From Bacteroidales bacterium (GTDB lineage Bacteria > Bacteroidota > Bacteroidia > Bacteroidales > UBA932): 64,000 bases of DNA. Location: assembly GCA_012515395.1 (NCBI GenBank), contig JAAYYL010000176.1, forward strand, positions 3,914 through 67,913. Reading direction: 5' to 3'. Positions 38,693-48,746 of the stretch are shown here, in pieces. The notes beneath the pieces were generated by a model, which saw only the letters and a program-made list of their open reading frames with translations, did not search any database and was not told where the DNA came from. The translations under genes and the position numbers were made by a program. Numbering within the stretch: position 1 is the stretch's first letter; each line of letters starts with the position of its first letter.

Positions 38693-39649
38693 ATGAACAA
38701 ATACCAGTTCAATGAAGAAAAATTGGAATTCACCAAAGTGCGTCCCAATATCAAAACGGTTTTAAAACGCATCTTTTGGGTTTTCCTGGGCAGCATAGCT
38801 CTGGCTTTGTTGTACTATCTGGTTTTTGGTATGTTTGTACTATCCCCGGCGGAAAGAAACCTGGTCCGTGAAACGGAACTGATGCAAAATGAATATGAGA
38901 GACTGAGCCGGGAAATGGACAATCTGAATAAAGTAATAGAAGAATTGGCCGTGCGGGATAGAAATATTTACGGAACCGTGTTGCATTCAACGCCCCTGGA
39001 ATTGAACCAGGAAGTAGATATTTCTCATTACCGGGCCCTTGTTGAAGACCCTTCTTTTGCGCTGGCTTATCATGCCGATTCGGTAATAGCCGGATTGGAA
39101 CAAAGGGCTGCCCTGGTCACCCGCGCTTTGTATATGGCCGGGAACAGCATATACGAGCAAATTGACAGCCTGGTTTATCTTCCGGCTGCTTTTCCGTTAC
39201 GCCAACCACCCATGGAAGCCATGGGCGCAACTATAGGACGCAGGATACATCCTTTTTATAAAATTCCCATGGAGCATACAGGAATGGATTTTCTGGCTGG
39301 ACTGGGAACCGATGTTCTGGCAACGGCTGACGGGCGTGTGGTGAATGTGTCCCGTTCTGCAAGGGGGAGGGGAAATGTGGTGGAGATTGAGCATCCTTAC
39401 AGGGGATACAAGACGGTATATGCCCATCTGAGCGATATTTTTGTAAGAAAGGGTCAATACGTGGAAAGAGGAATGGTAATTGCCCGGGTGGGATCTTCCG
39501 GCATGTCTTTTATGCCACATCTACATTATGAAATCCAGCAAGAAGGACAGGTCAGGGATCCGGTGCATTATTATTTCATGGAAGTCATGCCCGGAGAATA
39601 CAGACAGATCATGCTGACAGCATACAATACAGGTCAATCTTTAGACTAA
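38693..39649 (+). CDS. Membrane-anchored M23 family metallopeptidase (paralogue)
   Basis: Same architecture as the first copy; HTGMD and MPHLHYEI. Confidence 0.85.
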   Translation: MNKYQFNEEKLEFTKVRPNIKTVLKRIFWVFLGSIALALLYYLVFGMFVLSPAERNLVRETELMQNEYERLSREMDNLNKVIEELAVRDRNIYGTVLHSTPLELNQEVDISHYRALVEDPSFALAYHADSVIAGLEQRAALVTRALYMAGNSIYEQIDSLVYLPAAFPLRQPPMEAMGATIGRRIHPFYKIPMEHTGMDFLAGLGTDVLATADGRVVNVSRSARGRGNVVEIEHPYRGYKTVYAHLSDIFVRKGQYVERGMVIARVGSSGMSFMPHLHYEIQQEGQVRDPVHYYFMEVMPGEYRQIMLTAYNTGQSLD

Positions 39650-39655
39650 AGAGAT

Positions 39656-39976
39656 ATGGAAAAGATGTATTACACAATTGGCGAGGTGGCCGAAATGTTG
39701 GGCGAAAACACTTCTCTGGTACGTTTTTGGGCCACCACCTACAGTGAATTTATTAAACCTGTCCGCAACAAGAAAGGGAACAGACTTTTTACTTCTGCCG
39801 ATGTGGCGAACTACAAAATCATTCATCATCTTGTCAAAGAACGGGGCATGACACTGGAAGGGGCAAGGAAAAGAATGCATGACAACAAAGAAGGCGAGGA
39901 CAAGACGGTAGATATAATGGCGTCACTTAACAGGATAAAAGCACAGTTGGTCGAAATTCGCGATATGATAGAATGA
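39656..39976 (+). CDS. MerR family transcriptional regulator (small, HTH only)
   Basis: YYTIGEVAEMLGENTSLVRFW..FTSADV. Confidence 0.8.
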   Translation: MEKMYYTIGEVAEMLGENTSLVRFWATTYSEFIKPVRNKKGNRLFTSADVANYKIIHHLVKERGMTLEGARKRMHDNKEGEDKTVDIMASLNRIKAQLVEIRDMIE

Positions 39977-40773
39977 ACTTAAAAGCTTCTGACATAATTG
40001 ATGTCCTGGAAAAATGGGCACCGCCCGGATTACAGGAAGAGTGGGATAATTCCGGACTTTGTATAGGCCATCCGGATACACCTGTAAACGGTGTACTGGT
40101 TTGCCTGGATTGTACAAAAGAAATCGTAGAAGAAGCCGAGCGAGAAGGCCTTACTATGATAGTCTCGCATCATCCGCTGATATTCAAAGGGTTAAAACAG
40201 CTCCGGGAGGTCACTCCATTGGAGCAGACGGTAGCCCTTGCCGTACGCAAAAACAGGGTCGTTTACTCCATGCATACGAATGCAGATAAAATCATGGACG
40301 GGGTCAGCGGAGCTATGGCCCGTGCTCTTTCATTAAAGAACGTTTCTATTCTGGCTCCTGACAAAGCTTGTCAAGCTAATGGAGAATCTTGCGGATTGGG
40401 TGTCGTCGGGGATCTCCCGGAGCCGATGCCTGCAGATGCTTTTATCGCCTTGTTGAAGAGAATCTTTCAGGTACAGGGCCTGAAAGGTTCTGAAATATTG
40501 TATCCAAAAATATCCCGGGTGGCTTTGTGCGGCGGAAGCGGATCGTCTCTGATTCCTGATGCCCTGCGATCCGGAGCACAGGTTTTTGTGAGTGCAGATT
40601 TTAGTTATCATACGTATTTTGAAACGATCCCGCACATGATGCTCATAGATGCGGGACATTATGAAACAGAGGCGGGTATACAGGATGAAATATGCCATGT
40701 GCTTAGAAAAAAATTCCCTACCTTTGCCGTCCGCAAAACACGTATCAATACCAATCCCATTCGATTTTATTAA
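39973..40773 (+). CDS. Nif3-like dinuclear metal centre protein
   Basis: WDNSGLCIG..VSHHPLIFKG..; ATGA overlap with the MerR gene stop. Confidence 0.8.
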   Translation: MNLKASDIIDVLEKWAPPGLQEEWDNSGLCIGHPDTPVNGVLVCLDCTKEIVEEAEREGLTMIVSHHPLIFKGLKQLREVTPLEQTVALAVRKNRVVYSMHTNADKIMDGVSGAMARALSLKNVSILAPDKACQANGESCGLGVVGDLPEPMPADAFIALLKRIFQVQGLKGSEILYPKISRVALCGGSGSSLIPDALRSGAQVFVSADFSYHTYFETIPHMMLIDAGHYETEAGIQDEICHVLRKKFPTFAVRKTRINTNPIRFY

Positions 40774-40787
40774 GTTATCAATATATT

Positions 40788-41591
40788 ATGACAAAGAAAA
40801 CGACAAAGAAAGCAGGTACTGATGTCGGATCATTTACCGCACTGCAAAGAGCCGAACAGGACGGGACTCTGACAATGGAGGACAAACTGCGTCTGCTTTA
40901 TCAACTTCAGCAGACCGATTCGCAGATAGACAAAATTCATCTCTTACGCGGTGAACTCCCCCTTGAAGTCCAGGATCTGGAAGATGACATCAAAGGACTT
41001 GCCACCCGTATGGAAAATTTGCAAAAAGAAATCCGCGACATAGAAAAAGATATTGCTTTTCGCAGGATAGACGGGGACAATGCACGTGCTATGGTGGCAA
41101 AATACGAGGCCCAGCAAAGCAATGTGAAGAATAGCCGGGAATTTGATTCCCTTTCCAAAGAAATTGAAAATCAAACCCTTGATGCTGAATTGGCAGAAAA
41201 ATACATCCGGGAGTTTTCCCTTTTGCTGAAAGACCGTAAAGAAACCCTGGATAAAGCCAGGGAAGATTACGATGAAAGGCAAAAAGACCTGGAAGTAAAG
41301 AAAAAAGAACTGGAAAACATTATCAGTGAAACGGCCAAAGAAGAAGACATCCTGCTAAAAAAAGCGGAGCAGATCCAGTCACAGATAGATGCCCGGGTCC
41401 TTTCGGCATACCGTAAAGTAAGGAACAATGCACGTAACGGATTGGCCGTAGTAACGGTTAAACGGGGTGCCTGCGGAGGTTGTTTTAACAAAATTCCTCC
41501 CCAGCGTCAACTGGATATCAAGATGAGTAAAAAGATCATCGTTTGTGAATATTGTGGCAGAATCCTGGTAGACCCGGCATTTGAAGAATAA
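40788..41591 (+). CDS. Coiled-coil and C4 zinc-ribbon protein (COG1579/DUF164-like)
   Basis: Long heptad-rich region followed by CGGC..17 aa..CEYCGRIL. This is the usual Nif3 neighbour. Confidence 0.7.
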   Translation: MTKKTTKKAGTDVGSFTALQRAEQDGTLTMEDKLRLLYQLQQTDSQIDKIHLLRGELPLEVQDLEDDIKGLATRMENLQKEIRDIEKDIAFRRIDGDNARAMVAKYEAQQSNVKNSREFDSLSKEIENQTLDAELAEKYIREFSLLLKDRKETLDKAREDYDERQKDLEVKKKELENIISETAKEEDILLKKAEQIQSQIDARVLSAYRKVRNNARNGLAVVTVKRGACGGCFNKIPPQRQLDIKMSKKIIVCEYCGRILVDPAFEE

Positions 41592-42780
41592 ACCGACCAT
41601 ACGTCAACAGTTTTACGCCCGTCTGGGGCAAACTTCCCCCTCTCCGTTAGGCATTGAGATCCAAAAAGCAGAGGGGGTCTTTCTTCTGTCGCCCGAAGGG
41701 AAACGTTATGTGGATCTTATTTCGGGTGTTTCTGTCAGCAATGTAGGACACGGCAGAAAAGAAGTGATCCTGGCTATTGAAGATCAGGTGCGGAATCACC
41801 TGCATTTGATGGTATACGGGGAAGTTATCCAGAAACCCCAGGTCATGCTGGCGTCTTTGCTTACCCGCAATCTTCCGGAGCCCCTGGACTCGGTTTATTT
41901 TGTCAATTCAGGATCGGAAGCCAACGAAGCTGCCTTGAAACTCGCCAAACGCATAACAGGTCGCTCACGTATGGCTTGTTTCCGGGATGCCTACCACGGA
42001 AGTACACACGGAGCACTCAGCATGATGGGAAACGAAACGTTCCGCCGTTCTTTCAGACCGCTTCTACCCGGTGTTACGGCATTGCGGTTTAACTGCACTG
42101 AAGATCTCGAAAAAATTAACAGCCAGACTGCCTGTGTCATCGTTGAGCCGGTACAGGCGGAAGCAGGAGTTCGGCTGCCTCAAAAGGGTTTTCTCCAATT
42201 ATTGAAACAGCGTTGCACCGATACGGGAACTTTGCTTATCTTTGATGAAATACAAACAGGATTCGGACGAACAGGCAGCCTTTTTGCCATGCAGAAGTAC
42301 GGTGTAACACCTCACATGGTTACCCTTGCGAAAGCTTTAGGTGGCGGAATGCCTTTGGGCGCTCTGGTCTGTTCACAGGAATTAATGAAAGCCTGGCAAT
42401 CGGATCCGGTGTTGGGACATATAACCACTTTTGGCGGTCATCCGGTTTGTTGTGCTGCCGGATTTGCTTCCTTACAGGTGTTGCTTAAAGAAGGGTGGAC
42501 AGACCAGGTAGAAGAAAAAGCAAATTACCTGAAACAGGAAATTTTGAAACATCCCCGGGTAAAAGAAGTCAGGGAAGCCGGGTTGTTACTGGCCGTGGAA
42601 TTGGGAGAAGAAGGAAAAGCAGAAGAAATGGTGCGGTTGTTATTGGAAGAGGGAGCCATGTCTGACTGGTTCTTATATTGTGACTCTGCTTTCAGGATGT
42701 CTCCTCCGTTATGTATAAACCGCGAAGAATTGGAATTAACCGTAAAGATAGTAATGCGGGCCTTGGACAGATTGACATAA
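41581..42780 (+). CDS. Class III PLP-dependent aminotransferase (acetylornithine/GABA aminotransferase-like)
   Basis: NSGSEANEAALKLA..DEIQTGFGRTG..TLAKALGGG. The only available start is TTG at 41581, so the start is uncertain. Confidence 0.85.
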   Translation: MKNKPTIRQQFYARLGQTSPSPLGIEIQKAEGVFLLSPEGKRYVDLISGVSVSNVGHGRKEVILAIEDQVRNHLHLMVYGEVIQKPQVMLASLLTRNLPEPLDSVYFVNSGSEANEAALKLAKRITGRSRMACFRDAYHGSTHGALSMMGNETFRRSFRPLLPGVTALRFNCTEDLEKINSQTACVIVEPVQAEAGVRLPQKGFLQLLKQRCTDTGTLLIFDEIQTGFGRTGSLFAMQKYGVTPHMVTLAKALGGGMPLGALVCSQELMKAWQSDPVLGHITTFGGHPVCCAAGFASLQVLLKEGWTDQVEEKANYLKQEILKHPRVKEVREAGLLLAVELGEEGKAEEMVRLLLEEGAMSDWFLYCDSAFRMSPPLCINREELELTVKIVMRALDRLT

Positions 42781-42794
42781 ATAATCACAGAATA

Positions 42795-44297
42795 ATGGCA
42801 AATCGTGCACCGGTCAACAAGAAAGTAAAAGGGAAAGACCAATCCCAGGTAGAAATGGTAGGTCTGGATATGGGGAAAGTACCTCCCCAGGCCATAGATA
42901 TTGAAGAAGCCGTGCTGGGGGCATTGCTTTTGGAACCGAATGCCTCGCTCGACATAGTAGGCGCGGTAAAGCCCGAGTATTTTTACAAAGAAAACCACAG
43001 AAAAATCTTTGCTGCCATATCTGCGCTTGTATCTTCGCACAATCCGGTGGATATGTATACGGTTGCCGAAGAACTGAAAAAAAATGAACAGCTGGATGAA
43101 ATAGGAGGACCTTATTATTTAAGCCAGCTGACCATGCGGGTTGCCGCCGCTTCTCACCTGGAATACCATTCCAAGGTTCTGACACAAAAATTTATTCAAA
43201 GAGAACTGATCAATACTTCTTACGGGATTTTGCGGGATGCGTTTGACGATACCATACCGGCCGATGAATTGCTGGACACTTCCCAACAGAAACTTTTTGA
43301 ATTAGGTGAAATGAACCTGCGCCGGGACACCCGTCCGGTTCGCTCTGTATTGGGAGACGTTCTTGACGAGTTGTCCGACGTACAGACCAGAGACGACGGA
43401 TTAAGCGGAATACCGTCCGGTTTTACTTCGCTTGACCGGATGACACTTGGCTGGCAAAAAGCCGATTTGGTAGTCATTGCAGCCCGTCCGTCCATGGGAA
43501 AAACCGCATTTGTGTTGACCATGGCCCGTAACATGGCGGTTAACCACAACATTCCCGTAGCTTTTTTCTCCCTGGAAATGCCCGATTCCCAATTGGTTAA
43601 AAGGCTTCTGGTGAGTGAAACCGGCTTATCTTCCGAAAAAATCCGGGGTGGTAAAAAATTGAAAAGTTTTGAGTGGGAACAACTTAACCAACGGATCATT
43701 AACCTTACCAAAGCCCCTCTTTACATAGACGACACACCTTCGCTTTCCATTTTCGAATTCAGGGCCAAAGCACGCCGGTTGGTTGCCGGTATGGGTGTTA
43801 AGATGCTGATCATAGATTATATGCAGTTGATGTCCGGACCTCCTGAATTGCGAGGCATGAGGGAACAGGAAGTGGCGGCCATTTCGCGTTCTTTGAAAGC
43901 AATCGCAAAAGAACTGAACGTTCCGGTAATTGCTTTGTCACAGATGAACCGTTCTTCTGAAACACGAGGGGGAACCCGCAGGCCACAGTTAAGTGATTTG
44001 CGTGAATCGGGAGCCATAGAGCAGGATGCGGATATTGTAATTTTTCTTTACAGGCCCGAGTATTATGGATTTAAGGAAGATGACAGCGGACGTTCCCTGG
44101 AAGGCATTGCGGAAGTGATCGTGGCCAAACACCGCAACGGAGCCGTGGGAGAATTCCAGATGCAATTTAGAAATAGTGAGATCCGTTTTCTGGATATCAA
44201 CGAAGGTGGTCCGGATTTTGCAACCGATGAGCCTGTTACGTATGCTTCCAGAATGAACCAAATGAATGATCTGAATGACAACTTTAACGGGTTATAA
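42795..44297 (+). CDS. dnaB: Replicative DNA helicase
   Basis: The ATG at 42795. PPQAIDIEEAVLGALLLEP; Walker A ARPSMGKT; LSQMNRS. Confidence 0.95.
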   Translation: MANRAPVNKKVKGKDQSQVEMVGLDMGKVPPQAIDIEEAVLGALLLEPNASLDIVGAVKPEYFYKENHRKIFAAISALVSSHNPVDMYTVAEELKKNEQLDEIGGPYYLSQLTMRVAAASHLEYHSKVLTQKFIQRELINTSYGILRDAFDDTIPADELLDTSQQKLFELGEMNLRRDTRPVRSVLGDVLDELSDVQTRDDGLSGIPSGFTSLDRMTLGWQKADLVVIAARPSMGKTAFVLTMARNMAVNHNIPVAFFSLEMPDSQLVKRLLVSETGLSSEKIRGGKKLKSFEWEQLNQRIINLTKAPLYIDDTPSLSIFEFRAKARRLVAGMGVKMLIIDYMQLMSGPPELRGMREQEVAAISRSLKAIAKELNVPVIALSQMNRSSETRGGTRRPQLSDLRESGAIEQDADIVIFLYRPEYYGFKEDDSGRSLEGIAEVIVAKHRNGAVGEFQMQFRNSEIRFLDINEGGPDFATDEPVTYASRMNQMNDLNDNFNGL

Positions 44298-45129
44298 AAG
44301 TACCATTTTGACATTATGTTTGCTTTCAGCATGGGTCTTGGGACATGCGCAGGAAAATGAAAAACCCTGTTTGCCGGTCCGGGATATTCCGCCTTCTCAA
44401 ATGGCATTTCAAGCCGGAGAAAAGTTGACAATCATTGCAAGTTATCAATGGGGTGTTGTCAATACGGATGTTGGTACGGTTTCTTTGGATATTAGCCGGT
44501 CTGATTCTTCGGAGATTCCCCTTTTTATTGCCAGGGGACGCATACAAACAGCCCGTTTTTTCAATGCCTTTTTCCGGGTGGATGATTATTACGAGAGCCG
44601 ATTCAATCAGACTAACCTGCGCCCCACCTATTTCATGAGGGACATTCACGAGGGAAAGTATACCATACAAAATTATTACAACTACAACCGGGATTATTCC
44701 ATCAATGCCCGGATTATCCGCAAGGACGGATCCGTTCAGGACACGTTGTTGCCGGGACGGATATGTACCTTTGATTTCATTACATTGTTCTATTTTCTGA
44801 GAAACCTGGAGTTCAGCAATATGAACCCCGGGGATGTTTACCCCATATCGTTTGCCATAGATGAAGAGATCTTTGAATTGTATTTAAGGTATGACGGGAA
44901 GGATGAGATCCGTGTACAAGGTCTGGGTACTTTCAGATGCCTGAAATTTTCTGCGCAGACGGTTGCCGGTGTGGTTTTTGACGGGAAGGAAGATCTGCGC
45001 TTCTGGATCAGTGACGACAAAAACAGGGTTCCCTTATTTATTGAATCTCCTGTTGTAGTCGGTCGCGTTACCGGAAGGCTGGGAAGTTATGAAAACCTGA
45101 GGTTTCCACTTACAAGTAAAATAAAGTAA
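44275..45129 (+). CDS. DUF3108-like secreted protein
   Basis: Signal peptide. The family name is from memory of the beta-barrel-like DUF3108 sequence pattern. Confidence 0.55.
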   Translation: MTTLTGYKSTILTLCLLSAWVLGHAQENEKPCLPVRDIPPSQMAFQAGEKLTIIASYQWGVVNTDVGTVSLDISRSDSSEIPLFIARGRIQTARFFNAFFRVDDYYESRFNQTNLRPTYFMRDIHEGKYTIQNYYNYNRDYSINARIIRKDGSVQDTLLPGRICTFDFITLFYFLRNLEFSNMNPGDVYPISFAIDEEIFELYLRYDGKDEIRVQGLGTFRCLKFSAQTVAGVVFDGKEDLRFWISDDKNRVPLFIESPVVVGRVTGRLGSYENLRFPLTSKIK

Positions 45130-45131
45130 CT

Positions 45132-45557
45132 ATGGGTTTCGGATCGGTTATCAGGCATAAGGGAATAATCACAGGCACAAACCCGCTAAAGGCCGAGATC
45201 CTTACCGAATCGGCGTGTGCATCCTGCCATGCCCGGGGATATTGTTCGCTAAGTGAAAAAAAACGCAAAGAAATAACCCGTTTTCAGGAACCTGCAGGAT
45301 GGGAACCGTATGTGGGTCAGGAAGTCTATATAGAGATGCGAACTCGTTTGGGATTCAAGGCGTTGTGGTATGGAATGGTATTGCCTGCGGTCATTTTGGG
45401 TGTTGCGATTACCTGCGGAGGACTATTCCGTTTAGCGGAATGGTTGCAGGGTTTTATTGCAATAATGAGTATAGCAATCTATTATTTTGTTCTATATTTG
45501 TTAAAAGATCGTATCCAAAATGACTTCTACTTTACTGTACACAATATTAAGCCTTAG
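45132..45557 (+). CDS. RseC/MucC family protein (Rnf-associated)
   Basis: SACASCHARGYC followed by two TM helices. It leads the rnf genes. Confidence 0.7.
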   Translation: MGFGSVIRHKGIITGTNPLKAEILTESACASCHARGYCSLSEKKRKEITRFQEPAGWEPYVGQEVYIEMRTRLGFKALWYGMVLPAVILGVAITCGGLFRLAEWLQGFIAIMSIAIYYFVLYLLKDRIQNDFYFTVHNIKP

Positions 45558-46365
45558 CTTATTGGGCGGGCTGTTGGCTATTGTGTTGTATTTCATTGCC
45601 CAAAAATTCAAAGTTCAGGAAGACCCCCGTATAGATCAGGTTCTGGAAGTATTGCCGGGAGCTAATTGCGGAGGGTGTGGCTATGCCGGTTGCCGTGCTT
45701 TTGCGGAAAGCTTTGTAAGAAACCCTGAAAATCCCGACTTTGTTTGCCCTGTAGGAGGGAATGATGTAATGCAAAAAGCTGCTGCCGTTCTGGGCAGGGA
45801 GGTACAGGAGCAGATTCCCAAACTGGCGGTTCTGCGTTGCAACGGATCGTGCGATGTGAGGCCTGTCCTGAACACGTATGACGGAAGCCCGAGTTGTGCC
45901 GTGGCCGCCGATCTGTACGGGGGAGAAACAGGCTGTTCTTACGGATGTCTGGGTCTGGGAGATTGTGTGGTAGCCTGTACTTTTGATGCCATACACATCA
46001 ATCCGCAGACACGTTTGCCTGAAGTCATTGAAGATAAATGTACTTCATGCGGTGCCTGTGTGAAAGCATGTCCCCGGAACATATTGGAATTAAGGCCAAA
46101 AGGTCCCAAAAGCCGCAGAATCTATGTGGCTTGTGCCAATAAGGACAAAGGCGCTGTAACCCGGAAAGTTTGTTCAGTCGGTTGCATAGGATGTCAATTA
46201 TGTGTAAAGGCTTGTCCTTTTGAAGCCATAACATTTGCCGATAATCTGGCTTATATAGATCCCGCAAAATGCCGTTTGTGCCGAAAATGCGTTGCCGTAT
46301 GTCCCACAGGCTGCATTCTGGAGATTAATTTTCCACCAAAAAAACAAGTAACCAACAATGAGTAA
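45520..46365 (+). CDS. rnfB: Rnf electron transport complex subunit B
   Basis: N-terminal TM helix, CGGCGYAGC, and several CxxCxxCxxxCP ferredoxin motifs. Confidence 0.9.
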   Translation: MTSTLLYTILSLSLLGGLLAIVLYFIAQKFKVQEDPRIDQVLEVLPGANCGGCGYAGCRAFAESFVRNPENPDFVCPVGGNDVMQKAAAVLGREVQEQIPKLAVLRCNGSCDVRPVLNTYDGSPSCAVAADLYGGETGCSYGCLGLGDCVVACTFDAIHINPQTRLPEVIEDKCTSCGACVKACPRNILELRPKGPKSRRIYVACANKDKGAVTRKVCSVGCIGCQLCVKACPFEAITFADNLAYIDPAKCRLCRKCVAVCPTGCILEINFPPKKQVTNNE

Positions 46366-47701
46366 AACGTTTTCGATTGGAGGAATTCATCCTAAGGATA
46401 GTAAATTCTCCAAGGATAAACCCATTGAAGAATTCCCGGTCCCCAAAAGAGTTGTTATTTCAATGAACCAGCATCTGGGAATGCCTGCCGTTCCGGTAGT
46501 CAAAAAGGGTGATACCGTGAAAGTGGGTCAATTGATCGCAGAACCGGCGGGATTTGTGTCGGCTCCTGTTCATGCTTCCGTAAGCGGAACAGTGGCAGAT
46601 GTAGCTCCATACCCCGATTTTTTAGGAAAAAAAGTATTGTCGGTGGTTATAGATACGGCAGGTGATGAATGGCTGGAAACAATAGACAGAACCCATGAGA
46701 TCAAACATGAGATCACTGCCACTCCACAGGAAATTTTTAAAATAATCTCGGACTCGGGTATTGTTGGATTGGGTGGAGCTGCATTCCCCACACACGTAAA
46801 ACTGACTCCTCTTGAAGGGATGAAAGCCGAGTACCTTATTCTGAACGGAGCGGAGTGTGAACCCTATCTGACATCCGATTACCGATTAATGACTGAACAT
46901 GCCCAGGAAATCCTGATAGGTGGAGAAATGATGCGAAGGGTACTGGGTGACGTGGCCGGCATCATTGGTATAGAAGAGAACAAACCCAAGGCCATTGAAA
47001 TAATGAAAAAATTGACCTCCAATTATTTACAATGGGAAGTCGTGCCGCTGAAAAAACGTTATCCGCAAGGAGGTGAAAAACAATTGATAGATGCCGTGCT
47101 GGGACGTAAAGTTCCTTCCTTTTCTCTGCCAATATCAACGGGAGCCGTTGTACAGAATGTAGGTACGGCATATGCTGTTTACGAAGCGGTTCAAAAACGC
47201 AAACCATTGATAACGAACGTATTAACAATAAGCTCTTCCGATCCTTCCATTCAAAAGAATTACCGTTTCCGTGTAGGAACTCCAATCCGTGAATTTTTGT
47301 CTGCAGCCGGAGCCATGGATAAAGAAGGAAATTTATCACGTGCTTTTGCCAAAGTCGTTAACGGAGGTCCTATGATGGGAAAACCCGTATCCAATTTGGA
47401 CGGCCCGGTAATGAAGAGTACTTCCGGTTTTGTTCTTTTTACATCAAAGGAGACAAAAAGACAAGAACCCGGAGAATGTATCCGGTGTTCAAAATGTTTT
47501 CAAGCCTGTCCCATGAGATTGCAGCCCTACTTACTTTACCAGTTGGCATTGGCCGGAAGAACCGAAGAACTGGATGAAAACAGGGTCTTTGACTGTATTG
47601 AATGCGGCTGTTGTCTCTATTCCTGCCCGGCGCACATTCCTTTACTGGATCAGATCCGTTTGGCCAAAAACGTATCATTGAAGAATAAACGCAAGAAATA
47701 A
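46358..47701 (+). CDS. rnfC: Rnf complex subunit C
   Basis: GLGGAAFPT and two CxxCxxCxxxCP motifs. Confidence 0.92.
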   Translation: MSKTFSIGGIHPKDSKFSKDKPIEEFPVPKRVVISMNQHLGMPAVPVVKKGDTVKVGQLIAEPAGFVSAPVHASVSGTVADVAPYPDFLGKKVLSVVIDTAGDEWLETIDRTHEIKHEITATPQEIFKIISDSGIVGLGGAAFPTHVKLTPLEGMKAEYLILNGAECEPYLTSDYRLMTEHAQEILIGGEMMRRVLGDVAGIIGIEENKPKAIEIMKKLTSNYLQWEVVPLKKRYPQGGEKQLIDAVLGRKVPSFSLPISTGAVVQNVGTAYAVYEAVQKRKPLITNVLTISSSDPSIQKNYRFRVGTPIREFLSAAGAMDKEGNLSRAFAKVVNGGPMMGKPVSNLDGPVMKSTSGFVLFTSKETKRQEPGECIRCSKCFQACPMRLQPYLLYQLALAGRTEELDENRVFDCIECGCCLYSCPAHIPLLDQIRLAKNVSLKNKRKK

Positions 47702-47702
47702 T

Positions 47703-48746
47703 ATGGACAAACTACTTATTTCCCCGGCTCCACACCTGCACAGTAAAGACAGTACCCGAAGGATAATGCGTGATGTTATCATAGCACTTATGCCTTCTGT
47801 TTTGGTGAGCGTTTATTTTGCAGGACTCAGTGCGCTGCTGGTTCTGGTAGTATCGGTAGCAGGTTGTGTCCTGACGGAACACCTGATAGTCCGGTACCTG
47901 ATGAAGAAAAAAACGACGGTCAGCGATTTGTCTGCCATAGTTACCGGTTTGCTTCTGGCTTTGAATCTGCCTGTATCTTCTCCATGGTGGATGGTTCTGA
48001 TCGGATGTGTTGTGGCTATCGGTATTGCCAAAATGACTTTTGGCGGATTGGGTCACAATTTATTCAATCCCGCATTGGTTGCACGTGTTTTTCTGCTGAT
48101 TTCTTTCCCGGTCCAAATGACAAACTGGACCATTTCCAACAGTATATTCAGACCGGATAGATGGGAATTGCCCAAAGGTCTTTTAGGAGCTCAGGGGCAA
48201 TTGATGGATGCTTCCTCAGGGGCGACCCCTCTGGGTATTATTAAAGAAGGATTGGCCAACGGAATGACTATGGAAACGCTCAGCCAGCAACATGATTTTT
48301 CATATTGGCATATGTTGTTCGGTCATATAGACGGTTCCATGGGAGAAGCTTCTGTTCTGGCAATCCTGGCCGGTTTGCTTTACCTGCTTTTCAGAAAAGT
48401 GATACGACCCGTCATTCCTTTATCTATAGTGATTACCGTTGCCCTGTTCTCGGGTATTCTATGGATGGTTGATCCATCCCAATACGCAGATCCCCTCTTT
48501 CATTTACTGACCGGGGGATTGTTGCTGGGCGCAGTTTTCATGGCGACCGATTACACCACATCGCCTATGTCTCCGCTTGGAATGATCATTTTCGGTATAG
48601 GAATAGGTCTGGTTACTATGGTTATAAGGGTCTGGGGAGCCTATCCCGAAGGAGTATCTTTCGCAATTTTATTTATGAACGCTTTGGTTCCTTTGCTCAA
48701 CAAGATCAAACCGTTCCCGTATCAAAAGGAGGTGAGCCGTGGCTAG
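47703..48746 (+). CDS. rnfD: Rnf complex subunit D
   Basis: SPAPHLHS.. NqrB/RnfD polytopic protein; SGATPL FMN-attachment motif. Confidence 0.92.
   Translation: MDKLLISPAPHLHSKDSTRRIMRDVIIALMPSVLVSVYFAGLSALLVLVVSVAGCVLTEHLIVRYLMKKKTTVSDLSAIVTGLLLALNLPVSSPWWMVLIGCVVAIGIAKMTFGGLGHNLFNPALVARVFLLISFPVQMTNWTISNSIFRPDRWELPKGLLGAQGQLMDASSGATPLGIIKEGLANGMTMETLSQQHDFSYWHMLFGHIDGSMGEASVLAILAGLLYLLFRKVIRPVIPLSIVITVALFSGILWMVDPSQYADPLFHLLTGGLLLGAVFMATDYTTSPMSPLGMIIFGIGIGLVTMVIRVWGAYPEGVSFAILFMNALVPLLNKIKPFPYQKEVSRG
48728..48732 (+). promoter_or_regulatory. Shine-Dalgarno-like GGAGG(TGA) before rnfG
   Basis: 6 nt upstream of the GTG start at 48739. Confidence 0.6.
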
